A stretch of 64,000 bases of DNA from Scyliorhinus canicula (taxonomy: Eukaryota). The translations under genes and the position numbers were made by a program. Below are positions 60,806 to 64,000 of the stretch, piece by piece. The stretch is taken from NCBI RefSeq assembly GCF_902713615.1, contig NC_052147.1:201903140-201967139 (forward strand), in the 5' to 3' direction. The notes under the pieces were generated by a model. It had not been told where the DNA came from. It ran no database searches and saw only the letters and a program-made list of their open reading frames with translations. Positions within the stretch are counted from its first letter, which is position 1; every line of letters starts with the position of its first letter.

Positions 60806-61714
60806 AAAAAAAAAAAAAAAAAATTTTTATTAAGATTTTCACAAAATATAAACAACAAAACAATATTAACAAAACAACATGGTAAAAACCCAAGAACAAC
60901 GACCACCCAACTACAAAAGCAACTACAAAAACAAAAAACAAGCAAACAACAAAAGGAAAGAGATTACACCCACCACATCCAACAAACCCATGTACACAAT
61001 TCTCCCTCCCCCCGAACCAAACCCCCCCCTCCCCCCGGGTTGCTGCTGCTGCCGGCCTATTTCCCTACCGTTCCGCCAGGAAGTCCAGGAAAGGCTGCCA
61101 CCGCCTAAAGAACCCCTGTACTGATCCACTCAGGGCAAATTTCACCTTCTCCAATTTGATGAACCCCGCCATATCATTGATCCAGGCCTCCATGCTTGGG
61201 GGCCTCGCATCCTTCCACTGAAGAAGAATCCTCTGCCGGGCTACTAGGGACGCAAAGGCCAGGACACCGGCCTCTTTTGCCTCCTACACTCCCGGATCCA
61301 CTGCAACCCCAAAAATTGCGAGTCCCCAGCCTGGCTTGACCCTGGATCCCACCACCCTCGACACCGTCTTTGCTATCCCCTTCCAAAACTCCCCCAGCGC
61401 TGGGCACGCCCAAAACATATGGCCGTGGTTCGCTGGGCTCCCCGAGCACCTAGCACACCTGTCTTCGCCCCCGAAAAACCTACTCATCCTCGTCCCAGTC
61501 ATGTGGGCCCTATGCAGCACCTTGAACTGTATGAGGCTAAGCCTCGCACAGGAAGAGGAGGAATTCACTCTCTCCAGGGCACCCGCCCACGTCCCCCCCT
61601 CAATCTCCTCACTCAGCTCCTCTTCCCATTTACCCTTCAGTTCCTCCACCGAGGCCTCATCTACCTCCTGCATTACCCGGTATATGTCCGAAATCCTCCC
61701 TCCTTCAACCCACA
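60806..61714 (-). mobile_element. Young L1/Tx1-type LINE 3' fragment inserted in an older L1
   Basis: Near-identical to 28990-29505; TSD cctgtctccacttt (60792-60805 and 61715-61728). Confidence 0.95.
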
Positions 61715-62796
61715 CCTGTCTCCACTTTTTAAAGGTGGTGTCAAGCATGGCTGGCGGGAATTTGTGGTTGCCGCAGATGGGGTCCATGGAGGACAGCTCG
61801 GTTAGGCCGAAATGCTGCCTCATTTGATTCTACATCTTCAATGTGGCTACGACCACAGGGTTGGATGTGTACTTTGGTGGAGGGGATGGGAGCGCTGCCG
61901 TAGCGAGTGCTCGGAGGGTAGTTTCCTTGCAGGAGGACTCCTCCAGCCTCACCCATTCCGTGGTTGGCTCCCATATCCATCCCCTCACCCTCTCGGCTGT
62001 GGCCGCCCAGCAGTAGTACTGTACATTCGGTAAGACCAGCCATGTTTTTCCTCCTTCACAGCGTTGATCCTCCCCCGCTTCACACTCACACACAAATGGC
62101 GTAATCATTTTGTCCACTTTGTGGAAAAAGGTCTTGGGATGAAGATCAGTATGGATCTCAACAGGAAGAGGAGCCTCGGCAGTATGTTCATTTGGTTCGT
62201 CTGCACTCTCCCTGCCAGGGTAAGAGGGACTGCATCCCATCGCTGTGGGTTCTTTTTGGCATCTTCTGCCAGACTGATCAGGTTCCATCTGTGTCCAGTC
62301 ATGAGCTATCGGAATCCCTAGGTAGTGGAATTTGTTTTGGGCTAGTTTGAAAGATAGTCCCTCGAGCTCTGTCCTTCCCCCATTAGTGTTCACCAGGAAT
62401 GCCTCGCTCTTGCCCAAGTTGAGTTTGTAGCCCGAGAATGTTCTGAACACTCTCATAAATTGCGTGATTTGCTTTCAGGCTGTTCTGTGGGTCCAAGATG
62501 TAGAGGAGCAGGTCATCCGCGTAGAGCGACAACCTCTGTACGCTCTCCCTCTTCTTTGTATACCCTTCCAGCTTTTCACGTTTCACTGAGCGATCGCCAG
62601 TAGTTCAATTACCAGGACGAACAAGAGCGGGGACCTTCTCATTGAGGTGTAGGAACAGCCATGGGTCCACCGCCCCCATTTGCTCCATCAATGTTATCAG
62701 CGTACACATTAACCAGGACTATCTGTGCTCCATCTAGGACTTCACTGATCATGACATCCGTCCCATTTGGTCCATAATCCTTGTCGCCGTGAATCT

Positions 62797-63160
62797 CAAA
62801 GAACCAAGAACAAAGAACAATACAGGACAGGAACAAGCCCTTCAGCCCTCCAAGCCTGTACCGGTCATGATACTAACCTTGGCCAAAACCCTTAGCACTT
62901 CCTTGTACCGTATCACTCTATACCCATCCTATCCATGTGTTTGTCAAGGTGCCTTTTGAACGCCATTAATGTACCTGCTTCCATAACCACCCCTGGCAAC
63001 GCGTTACAGGCACTCATCACCCTCTGCGTAAAAAAATCTGCCTCGTACATCTCCTAAAACCTGCCACACGGACCTTAAACATATGCCCTCTGATGACTGA
63101 CCCCTCCACCCTGGAAAGAGTGCCTGCCCATCCACTCTATCCATGCCCCTCATAATCTTG
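62797..63160 (-). mobile_element. CR1 LINE 3' end
   Basis: 3' UTR similar to 2687-3010; (ttctttg)n end. Confidence 0.9.
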
Positions 63161-63297
63161 TTGTCCTCTTAATAATCAATATGGCTACTACTCTAGCCCT
63201 CATCCTGTAACATGTGTGATATGTCTGTCTCACCCAGCCCTTTGTTATCCGCAGTTGGTCCTTCTCCCTCGGGTGTTTTTCCTGTGGGAAGATTATG

Positions 63298-63480
63298 GGC
63301 AGCACGGTAGCACTGTGGTTTCACAGCGCCAGGGTCCAAGCTTCGATTCCCAGCTTGGGTCATTGTGTCTGCATGGGTTTTCTCAGGGTGCTCCGGTTTC
63401 CTTCCACAAGTCTTGAAAGACGTGCTGTTAGGTGAATTGTACATTCTGAATTCTTCATCTGTGTCCCTGAACAGGTGCAC
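63298..63480 (+). mobile_element. SINE type B, internally deleted and 3'-truncated
   Basis: Head, core and the start of the type-B tail. Confidence 0.8.
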
Positions 63481-64000
63481 TCCGGGGTTTCCCTTTGTTA
63501 GGGGGCTGTCCAAGATGGCCACAGTCACCAATGAAGCCGGGCTTCTGCGCTACAGGGTTTCCTCTTGTCCAGAGGGCACCCAACATGGCTGCCAACTATG
63601 TGTACGCCACGTGGGTGAGCCCCTGCACTCCGGGGTTTCCCTTCGGGGACTCTCCAAAGTGGCTGCTTGCGACGCCATCTTCTTTCCTCAGCCTGTTCCT
63701 CCCCTTCTAAGGCCTGTAAGATATCCAGCCATTTTTCCCTCTCTGTCCCTTTTATGTCTCTTCTCCCCCTGCCCTCCCGTTCCTCTCCCTCTCTGCCCCC
63801 TTAATTGCCTCCTCCCGCCCTTCCCCGGCCAAGCGCTCCCTCCCTGCCCAGAGGTGCGCTGTGGAACTCCTTGCTTTCTGCCCTCCCGTGCTAGCTATTC
63901 CTGCTGGTGTGGTGGCCCTCCTCCCTGGGCTGGTCTAGCCCATTCCTTATGCCCGCTGACTGCCCGTTCTCCCTGTCTAAACCCCTCACCTGCCTTCCCC

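Larger units (their letters stand above)
58640..64000 (-). mobile_element. Older L1/Tx1-type LINE, internally deleted, hosting six insertions
   Basis: AATAAA and A tail at 58640; LSLYADDLLLY, FSGYKLNLGKSE, LVNVYADN and C-terminal HMFW-type motifs in collinear pieces. Confidence 0.8.

Overview
Repeat-dense vertebrate genomic DNA, almost certainly elasmobranch (shark, probably a catshark), judged from recalled repeat families rather than a database search. I find no supportable host protein-coding exon. Most of the window is transposable elements, many nested: CR1, L1/Tx1-type, L2, RTE and Rex1/Babar-type LINEs, Penelope fragments, a decayed PIF/Harbinger transposase with several MITEs, a hAT-type MITE, solo LTRs and more than 25 SINE copies. 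Every recognisable ORF in the ORF track is a retroelement or transposase remnant or its antisense shadow. AT-rich unique blocks (about 11.4-16.5, 24.3-28.7 and 56.7-58.6 kb) look intronic or intergenic. The most interesting signals are: (1) three minimal hammerhead-ribozyme motifs in Penelope termini; (2) a modular SINE system in which one head/core carries three different tails, each with the insertion signature of a different LINE partner; (3) a 50-bp double-NRF1-motif module shared by a Harbinger-type MITE and a hAT-type MITE; (4) a 141-bp inverted duplication that includes non-SINE flank. Family names and boundaries of old elements are approximate unless a target-site duplication (TSD) is given.
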